NCBI GenBank assembly: GCA_965248105.1
Contig: CBDFIK010000005.1
Location: forward strand, 648,683 to 712,682
DNA: 64,000 bases
From: Bryobacterales bacterium
GTDB taxonomy: Bacteria; Acidobacteriota; Terriglobia; Bryobacterales; UBA6623
Reading direction: 5' to 3'
In this document: positions 63,206 through 64,000 of the stretch, in pieces
Position numbering within the stretch: position 1 is the stretch's first letter
Layout: every line of letters begins with the position of its first letter
Made by a program: the position numbers and the translations under genes
The notes under the pieces: generated by a model
What the model saw: only the letters and a program-made list of their open reading frames with translations
Told to the model about the DNA's origin: nothing
The model's database searches: none

Positions 63206-63667
63206 GTGCCCTTCCCATTCGGCGGCGAGCTTCTTCCGGTCGGCTCGGAAGCCCCGGATTTCCAGCTTCCTGATGAGACCGGCAACGTCGTTCGGCTCTC
63301 CGATTTCCACGGTCGCCGCCCCGTCGTGCTTGTCTTCTACGTCATGGACGCCACGCCCGGCTGACGCAAGCAACTATGTCAGTTGCGGGACAACTGGGCG
63401 GCCTTCACGGAGCACGGCATCACACTGTTCGGCGTTAATCCCGGGAGCTCGCGCAGCCATCAAAAGTTCAAAAGCGCTCACGAGTTTCCGTTTCCCTTGC
63501 TGGTTGACAAGGGAAGAAAGGTTGCTGTTCGCTTCGGTGCAGCCGGGTTTTTTGTCAAACGGTCTGTCTACGGTATCGGGATCGACGGGCGAGTTCGGTT
63601 CGCGGAGCGCGGCATGCCGTCTCCCGAGAGGATCCTGGCGGCCGTCAAGGACGCTGCGATTCGCTAG
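63206..63667 (+). CDS. bcp: Bcp/PrxQ-type peroxiredoxin with in-frame TGA (63362-63364) at the peroxidatic-Cys position; candidate selenoprotein (alternative: pseudogene)
   Basis: ORFs 62912..63364 and 63383..63667 share a frame. The joined sequence is (V)PFPFGGELLPVGSEAPDFQLPDETGNVVRLSDFHGRRPVVLVFYVMDATPG-[TGA]-RKQLCQLRDNWAAFTEHGITLFGVNPGSSRSHQKFKSAHEFPFPLLVD..., versus E. coli Bcp ...TPGCTVQACGLRD. The Cys 5 residues downstream is conserved. GTG 63206 is the only in-frame start candidate. Confidence 0.6.
63370..63396 (+). promoter_or_regulatory. Candidate SECIS hairpin(s) downstream of the bcp TGA
   Basis: There are two mutually exclusive perfect 6-bp stems. One is GCAACU(63370-75)/AGUUGC(63381-86) with loop AUGUC. 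The other is CAGUUG(63380-85)/CAACUG(63391-96) with loop CGGGA, extendable by a U:G pair. Confidence 0.35.
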
Positions 63668-64000
63668 CCCGCGGTGAATGTCCCCCGCCTCGGAAAACGG
63701 GCGCAGTCAGATTTTGGTCGTCTCACTCATGCTGCACGAAGCAGTTGCGGGAAAAGTCAGGCGACGTCCACGATGGGCAACTGTCCCGGGGTGAGCGCAG
63801 TAACCCCGAGTGTGGGCCCGCAGGCTAACGCCAGCGGCTTCCATGAGGAGGCTCGTCATTGTCAAGCGAGGGAGTCGGACAACTTCAGTTATTGGCGAAC
63901 GTCCGACCGGGCTTCCATCCGCACTCGGGTGGCGTCATTTCGTCGACGCGGCGCTCTATGAAGTTCGGTCCAGGCGGCGCTGCTCGCTCTGTATCGGCCT

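Noticed and set aside
63674-64000. ORF 63674..63961 and a possible gene start at ATG 63959
   Set aside because: The 95-aa ORF runs through family F-like and GCTAAC-type repeat motifs and has no recognisable features. Only 14 codons follow the ATG at 63959 before the window ends, too few to call.

Overview
GC-rich bacterial chromosomal window. Gene content and repeat style suggest a soil Acidobacteriota- or PVC-like organism, but the taxon is inference only. All family calls come from motifs read by eye; no searches were run.

Left to right:
- A partial secreted repeat protein that the ORF track misses because it runs off the window start, then a secreted hypothetical and efp.
- A Tat-exported, selenocysteine-containing formate dehydrogenase operon on the minus strand, fdnG(Sec)-fdnH-fdnI-fdhE. 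Its internal spacers are filled with MITE/REP-like repeats.
- A small AT-richer accessory islet: hicB, a frameshifted hicA, and a DNA methyltransferase fused to an Mrr-type nuclease domain.
- A FAH-family hydrolase, a PQQ dehydrogenase with a dihaem cytochrome c, and an orphan gene.
- A tightly coupled three-gene operon: giant TPR/FG-GAP protein, membrane pentahaem cytochrome-TPR protein, and CRTAC1/ASPIC lipoprotein.
- A 1.4-kb gene-free repeat field.
- A flagellar locus: flbD-motA-motB, a sigma54 activator with a degenerate receiver, flgB-flgC-fliE-fliF-fliG-fliH-fliI-fliJ, and a 794-aa flagellin.
- An LLM oxidoreductase, an Ldh_2 oxidoreductase and a HAD hydrolase.
- A long minus-strand run: an S1-protease/metallophosphoesterase fusion and an extended GULO-like FAD oxidase, then a GmhA-like isomerase, HldE-type kinase, DHS-like protein, HAD, FAD oxidoreductase and SAM methyltransferase.
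- iscS, then a decayed IS4 transposase capped by a G-rich tandem repeat, and a second 1.5-kb repeat field related to the first.
- grpE-dnaJ with no dnaK between them.
- A Bcp/PrxQ peroxiredoxin whose peroxidatic-Cys codon is an in-frame TGA (candidate selenoprotein).

I saw no rRNA, tRNA or CRISPR array. The candidates most worth a second look are the Sec-Bcp, the protease-phosphoesterase/oxidase pair, the cytochrome/FG-GAP operon, the partial heptose-like operon, and the structured repeat families that show compensatory substitutions.
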